DNA from: Paraphysomonas bandaiensis | Lineage: Eukaryota; Protista; Chrysophyceae | Direction: 5' to 3' | Assembly (NCBI GenBank): GCA_965644295.1 | Contig: CBFFRP010000293.1 | Location: 1 to 64,000 of the forward strand | Length of the DNA: 64,000 bases | In this document: piece after piece, positions 47,029-58,506 of the stretch | Layout of the letters: each line of letters begins with the position of its first letter | Numbering within the stretch: the stretch's first letter is position 1 | Program-made: the position numbers and the translations under genes | The notes under the pieces: model-generated | Database searches by the model: none | Told to the model about the DNA's origin: nothing | The model's input: the letters and a program-made list of their open reading frames with translations, nothing else

Positions 47029-50000
47029 ATGTCCGGCGATAAGGGAATAAGTATTCCAGGAGGGCTCGGGGATAAGAAGGAGTATCGTCGAGTGGATGTG
47101 GAGGGACTGGACGTGTTGCTGGTCTCCAATATGAAGGTTCCATCTGCAACCAAGGAATCTCATGCTGCTGCTGCTATGGCTGTAGAGGTGGGTAGTTTTC
47201 AAGACCCGCTATTAGTGGAAGGCATATCTCATTTCCTTGAACACATGCTGTTCATGGGGAGTGACGCTTATCCGGGTGAGAATGAATACGACGCCTTTAT
47301 CTCTGGTCATGGAGGGTACTGTAATGCTTTCACAGAGACAGAGCATACCGTATATAGCTTCGATATACCGACTGAGCATTTCTATAAAGCCTTGGATATA
47401 TTTTCTCATTGCTTTAAATCAGCTAAGCTATCCACTGATTCTAGCGAACGTGAGATCAGAGCTATTGAAAGTGAATTTCGCCTTGCGGTTCTGTCTGACA
47501 CATCTAGGTGTCAGGAGGTGTTAAATATGCAAGCTCCAGACTCTCATGTATTGAGGAAATTTTCGTGGGGTAATCGTCATAGCCTTGTCAGCGTACCTGC
47601 AATGAATGATATCAGCACTGATGCGGAGTTGCGAAAGCACTATAATAATTATTACCACCCGCATAATTGTCACCTAGTAGTTCTAGCACCTGTGTCACTA
47701 GACGAATTAGAGAATAAGGTAAAATCCTATTTTTCTGCATGGACACGTAGCTCTGTTGCTGCAGAAGTGAAGGAACCAGCCCGACTGCTTCCAACCGCTG
47801 AATGTCCTCTACCTTCCACTGCCCGTCTCTTGCGCATATGCCCAGTAAAGCGTAGCACTCATATATTACGTCTACATTGGGCCCTCCCGCCGACTCTGAC
47901 GCAGTATAGGTCTAAGTGTGAGCAGTACTTGAGTCATTTGATGGGTCATGAGGGACAAGGGAGTATTCTCAGCTACTTGAAGTCGGAAGGACTTGCGGTT
48001 GGATTATGTGCAGGAGTAAGTATCTCATTTTTGCAGTGCACTGCCTGAAATGTGCACACTTCAATCATTACTTTATGTGGTTGTGGATTAACTGATAGTA
48101 TATGTATGTTCAGGTTGGAGCGGATGGAATGAATCTCAACTCCCATTTTTCTATCTTTCAGCTCTCTGTGATCCTCACTGTAAAAGGTTTAGTCCAATGG
48201 ATGAGAGTGACTGCAATTGTGTATCAGTACATACACATGTTAAAAGAGGAAGGAATCCAAAAGTGGGTGTTCGATGAGTTACAGCAGCTGGGTCAAATTG
48301 AGTTTGGTGGGTATTCATGTGTACTCGTGTATCTAGGGCATTAACTGTTAACGCCGTGGCTATCATCACGCTCTGCCGTTACAGACGAACTAATTTTGAC
48401 TGTTATATTTACTTGTAGACTACAAGGATGAGTGTGACCCCGAGGATATGACAACAAGTCTTGCGGTAGAGATGACATCTCCTTATAGCAGACGCCATGA
48501 AGACATTCTCAAAGCAGAGGATGTTTTCTGGGACTGGGATCCGGAAGGAATCCGATCTCTTCTTGGACACCTTCGTCCATCTAGAGGAATTGTCATTTTG
48601 TTATCTTCTTTTTTTGAATCAGAATCAGCACAGGAAGGTGTTCTAGGATTGTCCCACAAGCGTTGCCGGGAGGCGTCAGATATTTCGAGCAGTGATACCG
48701 GAAGTGAGTCCGAAGGTGATACAGAGTACGACTTCAAGGATACAAGCAGTGAATTTAATGAGACAGATGATGATTTCTCCGACCATGATGCTGATACCAA
48801 TTCCTCTGTTGATCTTCGACAGATTGTAGACGATAGTGGAATTCCTAGGGATTACTGGCATCTAGTGCTTCCTCCATCTGGCGACCGGAAACCTATCACA
48901 GAACCCCATTTCGGAACCGCATTTTGGCAAGATGATATTCCTTGCGAAATCGTAAATGGCATGTGGGAGAAAGACCTGACTCGAAACACAGCATTGCACC
49001 TACCACCATGGAACCCCTACATTCCTGTTGATCTGACTGTGCTATCTGGAGTAGCCCCGCTAGAAGGGGATGGAGACACACGGCCACCTGCAGTAGTTTC
49101 AGAGTGTACATTTGTGCGCGTGTGGCACCTTCTCGAGTTTGAATTCAGCATGCCCAAGACGACTGTTACTTTCACTGTGTACTCGCGTCTCCTCCTTCAA
49201 GCCTACCGCAATGACGCTTGTGCATCTGATGCGATTAGGGCATCTACCGCTTTGGAATTGTTTTCATTTGTGATCTCTGACTTCCTTGCGGAGGAGATTT
49301 ATATGGCCGATATGGCTGGTTTGGAGTGTGGTATCAACACATGTGAAAGTGGTGTCATTGTGTCAATATCAGGGTTTCATGATAAGGCATTTTTATTAGC
49401 CCAGAAAGTACTGAATGCTCTGGTGAACTGGGAAGTCGCTATTACCCAAGAGCGAGTCGAAAGGCAGCTGGAAGTAATGATAAAATCATGTGAGAACAGC
49501 TATTTGCTTGCACCAGCGGCCGCCAACACACACCGACTGTTGTACCTCATGCCCCAGAAAGTGTCCAAGGACATGAAGTTGTCTGTGTTAAAGAGTTGGC
49601 AGTCAGCGAGTAGTGACGAGACTGTGGGATTCGTTTGCGAATGGGTAAATGAGTTGTTTTCCTACTCAATGTGTGAGGCTCTTGTACAAGGAAACACTTC
49701 TCTTCAAACAGCGACCAGGTTTGCAGATACAATGAGGTCCATACTGTCCGTACGGCGAAAAAGCGAAGCTAGCGGTCGTAGTTCATGTTTTTTGTCTCCA
49801 CCGGCACCTGCAGTGCGTTTACTAGATCCTAGTAGTGTTGTTACAATTCAAGCGATACCGAAGAGTATGAGCGACAAAAATGTGTGCGTAGTCGCATATT
49901 ACCAAATGGGAAAAGTGGAACCCCGTAATTTAGCCGTTCTGAATATCATTCGACAAATTATGGAGGAGCCTCTATTTGACAATCTCCGAACTAAACAACA

Positions 50001-50492
50001 GGTATGTATTATTTTTGTTGCCTAGGGTTTCTTATTGCCGATGTTTCACAGTTGGGGTACAGCGTATCTTGTGACATATGTGATACTTACGGGGTATTGG
50101 GGTTCACAATCGAAGTTGTATCTTCTTCCCATTCATTATCTGCTGTCCGGTCTGCTATTGCCCAATTTGCAGAAGTTACATTTCCTACCATATTGAGAGG
50201 ACAAACTACTGAGCAGTATGCTTCACACATCGACGCTGTGTTGACGAGTTTAAAAACTCCGTCACTCTCTCTGAATGAGTCCACGCGTCTCAACTGGTCA
50301 GAAATAACAGATAGAAGGTATTGGTTCTCATCCCGGAGAGATCGAATTGGAATTCTTTTGTCTATATCTCACGCAGAAGTTTTCGAGTTTTACAGCAAAT
50401 TTATGCTGGGTGAACCAAAGGAAACATCTCATAGAAGCCTGTTAGTTATAGAATCTCAGAGACATGATACTGTGGGTTTAAAAATAGCGTAA
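47029..50492 (+). CDS. M16A metallopeptidase (insulysin/nardilysin family; multi-exon)
   Basis: HFLEHMLFMGS (HxxEH); NAFT; SHLMGHEGQGS; FDNLRTKQQ/LGY. Confidence 0.93.
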
Positions 50493-52122
50493 TCTGATAT
50501 TATTAGGTTTGAATACATTTGTTATTTACAAACTTATAACGGCTGTTGTGTAGATAGCATGTGCCGAAAGTATAGTATATTTTTTCATTGTTAGAATACT
50601 GTCAAATAGTTTTCGACCTTAGTTTAACTAAACTTGAAGTGAACAAATCTGGTAAAATCCTTTTTTCTTAAATTGGCTTCTCCAGTGACCCATACATCGG
50701 CAGTCTATCAGTGTGTTACTTATGAATATTATAAAATAGCATGCAAAGAAGAAACAAATATTACGGCAGAAATTTTTACAATAGATAAAATGTTTACAAG
50801 TAGTGAATGTCTGGTTATTAGCAATAGGCGTTTTACGAGTCAGTGCTCAAAACTGATATCCTGTTAAGATTCATTGATTCACGTATATACCTCTTAACGC
50901 GTGAATACAACACATGGATACAATGAAATATCTAATAGACTGAATAATTACCAAACTATATATAAGATACGCATCTGTACAAGATACGCAAATGTGTGTG
51001 GTGCTATAACGCTCTGTTCAAACGTATCTTGCTATTCCATACTATTAGGTCTTATTCTTCATGTGAAGGTTATATAATCAATCTCTATATCTTATAATAC
51101 GAAGTGCATCTTTTACTAAATACTAAGACTAGCTATAAATCTTATTTTCTCCCGTACTTATTTTCCAGAACACCACGAAAGGTGCGACTCCGATTTTGTT
51201 GAAGGTATTTCGGGCTCATAGCTTGTAATATTGGCAGCAATTCTCGTGTATTTACCAAAGAATCCTGAAACACTTTAATAGTGCACAAAGTCTAAGCGTT
51301 TAATTACTCGACCACTAGCTTCTTTTAGTCGACATTTTACTATTAACATCATCCTTTTATCTTGTTGGTGACTCTACGAACTACATTGGGGAACTGTAAA
51401 TTAAATTATTTTGCTCCACTTAAATGGCTTATGATTACTTCAATTAACGGTTAAATTTGGTAAATACTTTTACTGCTACTGAACGCGAAAAAATCTTGTC
51501 GCAGTAATAGTCACAAAACAACATCTTGATTGGGGTTAGTGGTTAGTGTAACATATGATATCTTGATATCTTGGAATGCTAGATATATATGTAGGTATTT
51601 ATTGTAGCGACCTATATTTATATTGCAATATATATTGCGGATTGCGGGCCCAAAGCTGGTAATATATATTTACTACCTCTGGTAAATGATGTAGTTTTAA
51701 CGTAGAATTGTCATCAATGTATACAGTTATCAAAATGGTAAAATAACATAAGTATAGAGCTCTTAAAAGTGTTATCAAATATATTAGCTATACTGAACAC
51801 CTAACTATAGTAACTGTATATTACTATAAGGTTGTATTGAAGCTAATCAATGCAGAGAGTTGCAATGAATAATGTGAAATGCTTATTATCATGTCACTTA
51901 TACAAATATCCACTGGATAAAGGACGAACACTCTCAAGTAAAAGGCATAGTATCTAGCTGTCCAATGTGTTGATTTATGTGATGGTCAGTTGAAGGCAAA
52001 AGCAGCTCATAACATAATTCCCACCAGATGATACGCTCTAAATTAGAAAAAAGGGATTCTTCTACTATAAAGGTATATATTCTGATGTGTCAATCTACAG
52101 TACCATATTTGCGCTCTTCCAT

Positions 52123-53237
52123 CTAAACGTTTAACTTGGTAAGGGCATTAAGTACTGCTCTGCCCCCTTGAGTTTCAAGATTATTGAATGTCTCCTCGTC
52201 AATAACTCTGGCTGTTTGCCTATTAGCAACCTAACATAGCGAAAACAGAACAGTGGCAGTTCGTCATATGCAGACGATTATAACATAAAGAGACATACCA
52301 CAATAGCAGCCGCACTGGCTTTTATAGGGACTTTACAACACTGCGCAAGATGAAGTAAAAGATAAGTCTCCATTTCCATGGTCATCGCGCTGGGGAACTT
52401 TTCCACAACCCGAGACAAGATATCGTGGTTGCAGTCGTCGAAATTCTGATCAATCCTGTCTAGTCACAGAGTAAGGAAATCTATTGACAATATCGCCACC
52501 ACTATTAATCTTACTCTGACTAGAATAAAAGGAGTCAGCGGTTACGTTTAAGCCTTTGTGCACTCTATCAGCTCCAACTTCGGATTCCATTTCGCTGACG
52601 AGGTGACTGCTCAGCTCTGTGTTCGATGGAGCCACCTAGAACTGTGTGTAACTAATATGATTAAGCATTGGACATTTTACCTTGTGTAAATGGTACGGTT
52701 CAGATTGACCATCTCTGATATCTTGCTCCGGAAAATAGTCATAATTTCGGGCGACGAAGCTAGATCCGGCAGAGGCTACAACGATAGATCCCTCCGACGC
52801 AGTTTCCACAATGCCCCCACAGGTACCAAACCGAATGACTGCCATTGGACCCTCAACAACTGCTCTTGCTTCTCTAACAAAGAAATCCATCATTGAAGGG
52901 CCCTATAACATGTTACACAGGAAAACGCCTGAACATTCAAGTTACCATGCCGATAGCGACAACAGATACATGCACGCCGCGATAGTATCCTGTGATGGTT
53001 AGAAACCCTCGAGTTGAAGTTATTGTCTGAGGAGCAGGATCAGAATCAAATAGTGAAGCAATGACTTTGGCTCTGCTGCTGGTCCCAACAACAACTATTC
53101 TGTTAGCAACTGCAGTCATCATATGAGTGTCGCCATCCACACCACACAAACCACACACCTTCTCCTCGAGCTGTCTGCATGTGCAAGTTGCGGCCATCAG
53201 ACATTGGCATGCCATTAGTATTCTCATAAACAGACAT
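52123..53237 (-). CDS. Uridine/purine nucleoside phosphorylase (PNP_UDP_1 family; multi-exon)
   Basis: VANRIVVVG; RGFLTITG; IGMG (spliced); IRFGTCGG; TADSFYSSQ; MEMETY. Confidence 0.88.
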
Positions 53238-53407
53238 CGTTGGTGGGGGGTGTCAATAGATTGTGGTGCAGGTCCAGGGATGCGACAGACTCTCAGGCTC
53301 GTATGAGTGCAGTGCAGTGAAGTGCTGCACATGAGAGGAAGAACAACAGCATACAGCACGTATACCATGGTATACCATGCATGCACTGTATATACATGTA
53401 AATCTAC

Positions 53408-53762
53408 CGAAGAGAAAAAATGTACGGATCACTCTACTGTCGTCAGTACTACAGGCTGGCAATGACACGGATCCAATACTCCCGTTGTTCTTTATCGGTC
53501 TACACTACAGGTAGGCAAAGAAACAAGTCTCTTGACAGATACTACAGAAATTGTTAGTGACAAGAAATTATGAGTCTCCCCTACAGTCATAATACTGTTC
53601 TCGTGTACTCATTCATATTTCTGTGTACATTCTAGACCGTATCCTACAGAGCTACAAATGCACTAAACTGAAAAATACAACCATCAGGGGAACAAAAATA
53701 ACGACAGACGTTAACTCTTGTCACTCGCACTTTCTCGTACCAACGTATCACTTTGCTCTGCG
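53408..53762 (-). repeat. Copia-2 3' LTR
   Basis: Direct repeat of 58152-58506. Preceded on the sense strand by a short PPT-like AGGGGTG. The ORF stop lies inside it. Confidence 0.95.
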
Positions 53763-56700
53763 CACCCCTGTGGCATGTGTATTGTCTCCCACGATACCAC
53801 ATGACATATACCTGTACAGAGTACCTTGAAGGGGCTTTGTCAATGCATCTGCAAGCATCATCTTCGTCGGTAAGTGCTGCAAACGAATATTTCCTGCCTT
53901 GTAATTCTCTCTGATGATCTCGCGCCTCACACGTAGATATTTCGATCGATACTTGCCACCACCTTTCATCACAAGCGATAAAGTTGACGTGTTGTCTTGA
54001 AGTACCACAGGTGCGCCAATATCGTATCCTTGACCCTTGATGAAATCTGCACACTGTATCACCTGCATCATCATATCTGACAGTCCCACCAATTCAGATT
54101 CTGTCGAGTCTTTCGTGACCATCCTTTGCTTCGAGGATTTGCACAGAACTGTCGCGCCACCTACCTTAACCACGAGTCCCGTATGTCCTTTGCCATCCTC
54201 ATGACATGCGAATGCTGAATCGATATATCCAGTGACAGCCAGCTCCTTCCCCACACACAATACCAAGTTCTGTTCCCTAGTCGCATTGAGGTAGCGGGCT
54301 ACTCTGTGAAGCTTTTCCATATCTGCCTGTGTAGGACTCTTCACTTTTGTACTCAGGTAAGCGATTGCAAGCAATATATCCGGTCTCACTCTCTTAGCCA
54401 GGTATAATAATTGTGCCACCATCTTATGGAACTTTCTCCTCTCATTCTTGCTGATCAATTTAGTCGTAGTGTTCTTAAATAACGCACCAGTAGCTGGTGA
54501 TGCAGCATTCCCTGTTACACCGTGTTCCTGTAGAAAATTCTCTATGTATGACTTCATAGACACCGTGATCTCGCCGTTCTCTGCTATTATTATATGCATG
54601 CCTAGGTAGGATAGATTTTTGTCATCGCTATACTTTACTTCCACAAAACGCTCCCTGAGCTCTTGTACAAGCTTCTTGGTATCTTCCTCCTTGTGTGACA
54701 TAACCAGTAGGTCGTCGACAAACACTACCACTGTGCATGTGTGTCCATCAACCACTCTGTTCATTACACATGGGTCTACCTCATTATGTTTGAACCCAAT
54801 CAATCGCAGGAATCCAGTTATAGTTTCATACCACAATCTCGCGCTCTGTATGCATCCATATAATGCCTTGTCTAGTCGTACATACAGCTTGCCGCTCTCG
54901 TCCACGTAGGGCTTAACTTCCGGCGCTACCTTAGATAGTATCGTAGTTAGCATAGGCTCTAGCTCCATGATGACTTCCTCTCCTGTCATCTCCGCATTTA
55001 AATACGCGCCTCCAATGTCCACCGTTGCTATATGCCGCTTCTCCTTGGCAGCAATTGCTAAGCACATCATGATCGATTGCATCGCTGCTGTTGGCGACGA
55101 TGTGTCTGTATACAGCTTCCTGTCTTGCTGTGCCCCATTCGCCACTAGTCGAGCTTTTACTTTCTCAAAGCGACCCATGCCATCGTACTTTGTCTTGAGG
55201 AACATTAGCGATCGGATTGTCTTCTTCAATTGCTTCTTTGACAACTGCTTCTTCTGCACCGGACTCATAGCCTTCTTCTCATGCAATAGTTGCTTTAGCT
55301 CTGCAACAATGGCTTTATATGCTGTAGGTCCATACTCCTGCAATCCTTTCATAACACTTGTATGGTAGGCTCTATACTCCACCGGCTTAGACGACTGGAT
55401 TCCAGAATCATCTCTCACTTGCTCTCCATGATCCTCACCGATGCTATTGTTTACCGGCACATTACGCTCACCGTCGTCATTGTCGTCACCGTCGTCACCA
55501 ACAAGCTGTGGAACATCTTCATCTTCATTCTCTGCTGAGTCGACTACATCTTCATGACTCGTTCGCGACTCTAGTTGTCGTTCGCCCTTCGCTGATTCTT
55601 CCAAGTAAGTCGAGTTATGATCCTCTTCATTAGACTCATGTCCCTCTGGCAGGTTCATCTTATCCTCCTCTCTATCCAGCCCATCTTTCGCATCAGTCTT
55701 CTGTAGCAATGGTGTCATATCGTCTCTTCCACTGCTATTATCACACGTCTTTGCTGCATTATTCATTGCGTCTATTATGAGCTGTGTTGTTCGCATCTTT
55801 ACCCAGTTAGTTCTTCTAATTCTCTTCTGTGTCTTGATATTGAAGAATACCCAACTACCGTTAGCATTGCCAGTAGGATACAATGCTATGCATGGCTCCG
55901 TACGATCCTGCTCGGCATTATTACTCCTCACCTTAGGATTGTAGCACTCCACGTAGTCTCCAAATGCCACATCTAGTTCTTTTCTGTAGTTCGGCTTTCT
56001 CCCAGTGAAAGCTACTCGTGGAGCGACGATGGAATGACTTGTCGATGGTCTTCTCAGATTCATGCGACTGTTCGCATATTTCACTAAGTCTTCCACGTTC
56101 GCATTAGGCAATTTCCACGGTAGACCTGCATTCACACTTCTTATGATCTCCTTCAGCCTTCTTATCTTGCTATCGACCCTATCCATATGATCTCCAGCAC
56201 CGCTGATGTCTATCTCCACCCCTGTAATCTTTCCTCGAAGTGGTTGAAATCCCGGCTGTGGATCCAGGTATGCTATCCTCGGTGTAAATCCATGGCTGCG
56301 CAATAGACTCACTTGCTCTTGCAGAGCTAGTCCAAGATCGTCTGTTCTCTCACTCGGTAGTGCCGCCACCAAAGTTAGTCCAAGAGGCTCCGACAACGTG
56401 ATCATGAAGGGTTGCTTCCTCACATAGAATAAGTCCGTATATAACCGCTGACTCTTTTGCTGCGACGCCTTCAATTCAATATCCACGTGTTGTCTGCGTA
56501 CCTTCTTTTTGGTGTGTTTTCCTCTGATAGCCTCACACGGTTTGCCATATATATCGAACGACCTTCTGATATCATTTGCCGTCAGCTGCACCCCTGTGAT
56601 GTTGCCGTCACTCACGAGGTTTATCGCATCTTGTTCTGAGTCAAAACCAGAATTGCGTATTAGTTCTCGAGCTTCTCTCGCCCTAGCAACTTCGCCTCTT

Positions 56701-58136
56701 GTGTATTTTTGTTCTTCCATGCTTGTTGATGTAACATTAACATTGCCTTCTGCCCAGTCTCTCATATCAGCTACATACATTTTGTTCCGCCTTCTGAACA
56801 CTAGTTCTTTGTTTTGTAGATACACAGTGTACGATACACCCGGTTCATAAGCCACTGGATACATATCTTCCACATCGGCCTGGCATAATACACTCACACG
56901 TAGGTCTTCAGCCGTCTTACACGTGAAGAAATGATCCAGCTCTCCCACGTTCGGTAGTTCTACGGCGTGTCCAGATAGACCGGCTACCGTGCACTTTCTG
57001 CTTGCTGGCCTCACGTCCTTCAGCAACCACGGGTGTACAACTGATACGTCCGCCTGGTTGTCTAGAAGCACCTCGTACCACTCAAAACGCTCACCGCTCG
57101 ATGCATATGCGTTCATTGTTGTGACCGAGCACTGTTTTTCCTCCGGCTCTACATTATCGGGACAATCACTCAGTTTGTGTCCGGGCTCTCCACAACCCCA
57201 GCACACCATGGGTTTCCTCGGCCTATTACCGCGACGTCTCGGCTCCTGGTCATCATTGGCCTTCTGTTTTCTGTCCATTTCACTCGCACGCCTTTGCTTG
57301 GTGGATTGTTCCTTCTGGCTGACAAATGCTACTCCACCATTCGATTTTGCTCCTCTCCTCGGGGTAAGATACTTCGATGCTTTAGTGTAGATATCGTTGA
57401 CGTGCTCAGGTGGCTTCTGCGTGCCCATCATCAGATCATTTAGATAATTTGTCTTGAATTCCCCATAACGGGCATCATCCAATCCCCTAAAGAAATCCAT
57501 GGCTATGTCCTCATCATCCATTCTCGGATTGTCGGCGTCATTGTACGCATCTAGTAGGAAATCGAATCTCTCCTTGTAGCCCACTATGCTCTCGAAGGGA
57601 CCTTGTTTTGCGTCTTGATATTTCTTCCTAGTCTCTGCACGGACGACCGCTTCGACATTTGAGCTCGTTGCTGACTTATGAGTCTCCTTTACAGCCAACC
57701 ACAGCAGCAGAGGGTCCTTGGTCGAGTTGATTTTGTCGTATTCTGGTGTGAGCTTTATTGCGTCAATTGATTCATTGCTCAGATGATTGTAGATGAATGC
57801 ATAGAAAGCAGTCCGATTCGCCTTCATTTCATTAATCAATTTCGCCCTTGCCTTCCTGGCATCCTTCATATCTTCAGCGTTAAATCCGTGGGGGTCGTTT
57901 TTTAAGTTATATTCTGCAGGGTTTACACGCGGCGGTTCATAGTACTTGTCCAGTTCGATTAGCCTTGCCAGGTCTCCATATCTCTCCATTCCCTCGGCCA
58001 CAAGCTTCTGCTTGAACGTCGCCAAGTTGGTATTGGCACCATATTTCAGTATTGGCACAGACGTGGACGCACTGTTGCTCGCCGAACCCCTAGCCCTTTG
58101 TTCAAATCGCTTCTGAAACTTCTTGTTGGATCTCAT
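53748..58136 (-). CDS. Gag-Pol polyprotein (CCHC knuckle, PR, IN, RT, RNase H)
   Basis: CWGCGEPGHKLSDC; LLDNQA; YTDLF/YLDPQ/RVDSKIR; KARLVANG, DIGGAYL, KALYG and FVDD; YIDSAF, STESE, QDN and ADALTKPL. Confidence 0.96.
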   Translation of the reverse strand: MRSNKKFQKRFEQRARGSASNSASTSVPILKYGANTNLATFKQKLVAEGMERYGDLARLIELDKYYEPPRVNPAEYNLKNDPHGFNAEDMKDARKARAKLINEMKANRTAFYAFIYNHLSNESIDAIKLTPEYDKINSTKDPLLLWLAVKETHKSATSSNVEAVVRAETRKKYQDAKQGPFESIVGYKERFDFLLDAYNDADNPRMDDEDIAMDFFRGLDDARYGEFKTNYLNDLMMGTQKPPEHVNDIYTKASKYLTPRRGAKSNGGVAFVSQKEQSTKQRRASEMDRKQKANDDQEPRRRGNRPRKPMVCWGCGEPGHKLSDCPDNVEPEEKQCSVTTMNAYASSGERFEWYEVLLDNQADVSVVHPWLLKDVRPASRKCTVAGLSGHAVELPNVGELDHFFTCKTAEDLRVSVLCQADVEDMYPVAYEPGVSYTVYLQNKELVFRRRNKMYVADMRDWAEGNVNVTSTSMEEQKYTRGEVARAREARELIRNSGFDSEQDAINLVSDGNITGVQLTANDIRRSFDIYGKPCEAIRGKHTKKKVRRQHVDIELKASQQKSQRLYTDLFYVRKQPFMITLSEPLGLTLVAALPSERTDDLGLALQEQVSLLRSHGFTPRIAYLDPQPGFQPLRGKITGVEIDISGAGDHMDRVDSKIRRLKEIIRSVNAGLPWKLPNANVEDLVKYANSRMNLRRPSTSHSIVAPRVAFTGRKPNYRKELDVAFGDYVECYNPKVRSNNAEQDRTEPCIALYPTGNANGSWVFFNIKTQKRIRRTNWVKMRTTQLIIDAMNNAAKTCDNSSGRDDMTPLLQKTDAKDGLDREEDKMNLPEGHESNEEDHNSTYLEESAKGERQLESRTSHEDVVDSAENEDEDVPQLVGDDGDDNDDGERNVPVNNSIGEDHGEQVRDDSGIQSSKPVEYRAYHTSVMKGLQEYGPTAYKAIVAELKQLLHEKKAMSPVQKKQLSKKQLKKTIRSLMFLKTKYDGMGRFEKVKARLVANGAQQDRKLYTDTSSPTAAMQSIMMCLAIAAKEKRHIATVDIGGAYLNAEMTGEEVIMELEPMLTTILSKVAPEVKPYVDESGKLYVRLDKALYGCIQSARLWYETITGFLRLIGFKHNEVDPCVMNRVVDGHTCTVVVFVDDLLVMSHKEEDTKKLVQELRERFVEVKYSDDKNLSYLGMHIIIAENGEITVSMKSYIENFLQEHGVTGNAASPATGALFKNTTTKLISKNERRKFHKMVAQLLYLAKRVRPDILLAIAYLSTKVKSPTQADMEKLHRVARYLNATREQNLVLCVGKELAVTGYIDSAFACHEDGKGHTGLVVKVGGATVLCKSSKQRMVTKDSTESELVGLSDMMMQVIQCADFIKGQGYDIGAPVVLQDNTSTLSLVMKGGGKYRSKYLRVRREIIRENYKAGNIRLQHLPTKMMLADALTKPLQGTLYRYMSCGIVGDNTHATGVRRAK

Positions 58137-58138
58137 TC

Positions 58139-58151
58139 TAATTTCTTGTCA
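58139..58151 (-). promoter_or_regulatory. Putative self-priming primer binding site
   Basis: TGACAAGAAATTA directly after the 5' LTR. With the last LTR base it is perfectly complementary to 58301-58314 within the LTR. No TGG start. Confidence 0.65.
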
Positions 58152-58506
58152 CGAAGAGAAAAAATGTACGGATCACTCTACTGTCGTCAGTACTACAGGC
58201 TGGCAATGACACGGATCCAATACTCCCGTTGTTCTTTATCGGTCTACACTACAGGTAGGCAAAGAAACAAGTCTCTTGACAGATACTACAGAAATTGTTA
58301 GTGACAAGAAATTATGAGTCTCCCCTACAGTCATAATACTGTTCTCGTGTACTCATTCATATTTCTGTGTACATTCTAGACCGTATCCTACAGAGCTACA
58401 AATGCACTAAACTGAATAATACAACCATCAGGGGAACAAAAATAACGACAGACGTTAACTCTTGTCACTCGCACTTTCTCGTACCAACGTATCACTTTGC
58501 TCTGCG
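58152..58506 (-). repeat. Copia-2 5' LTR
   Basis: Sense-strand termini CGCAGAG...CTCTTCG. Confidence 0.95.

Larger units (their letters stand above)
53408..58506 (-). mobile_element. Copia-order LTR retrotransposon (CoDi-like), intact, with CG...CG termini and candidate self-priming site
   Basis: 355-bp LTRs with one difference seen; 5-bp TSD TCTAC (53403-53407, 58507-58511); single 1462-aa gag-PR-IN-RT-RH ORF. Confidence 0.96.
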
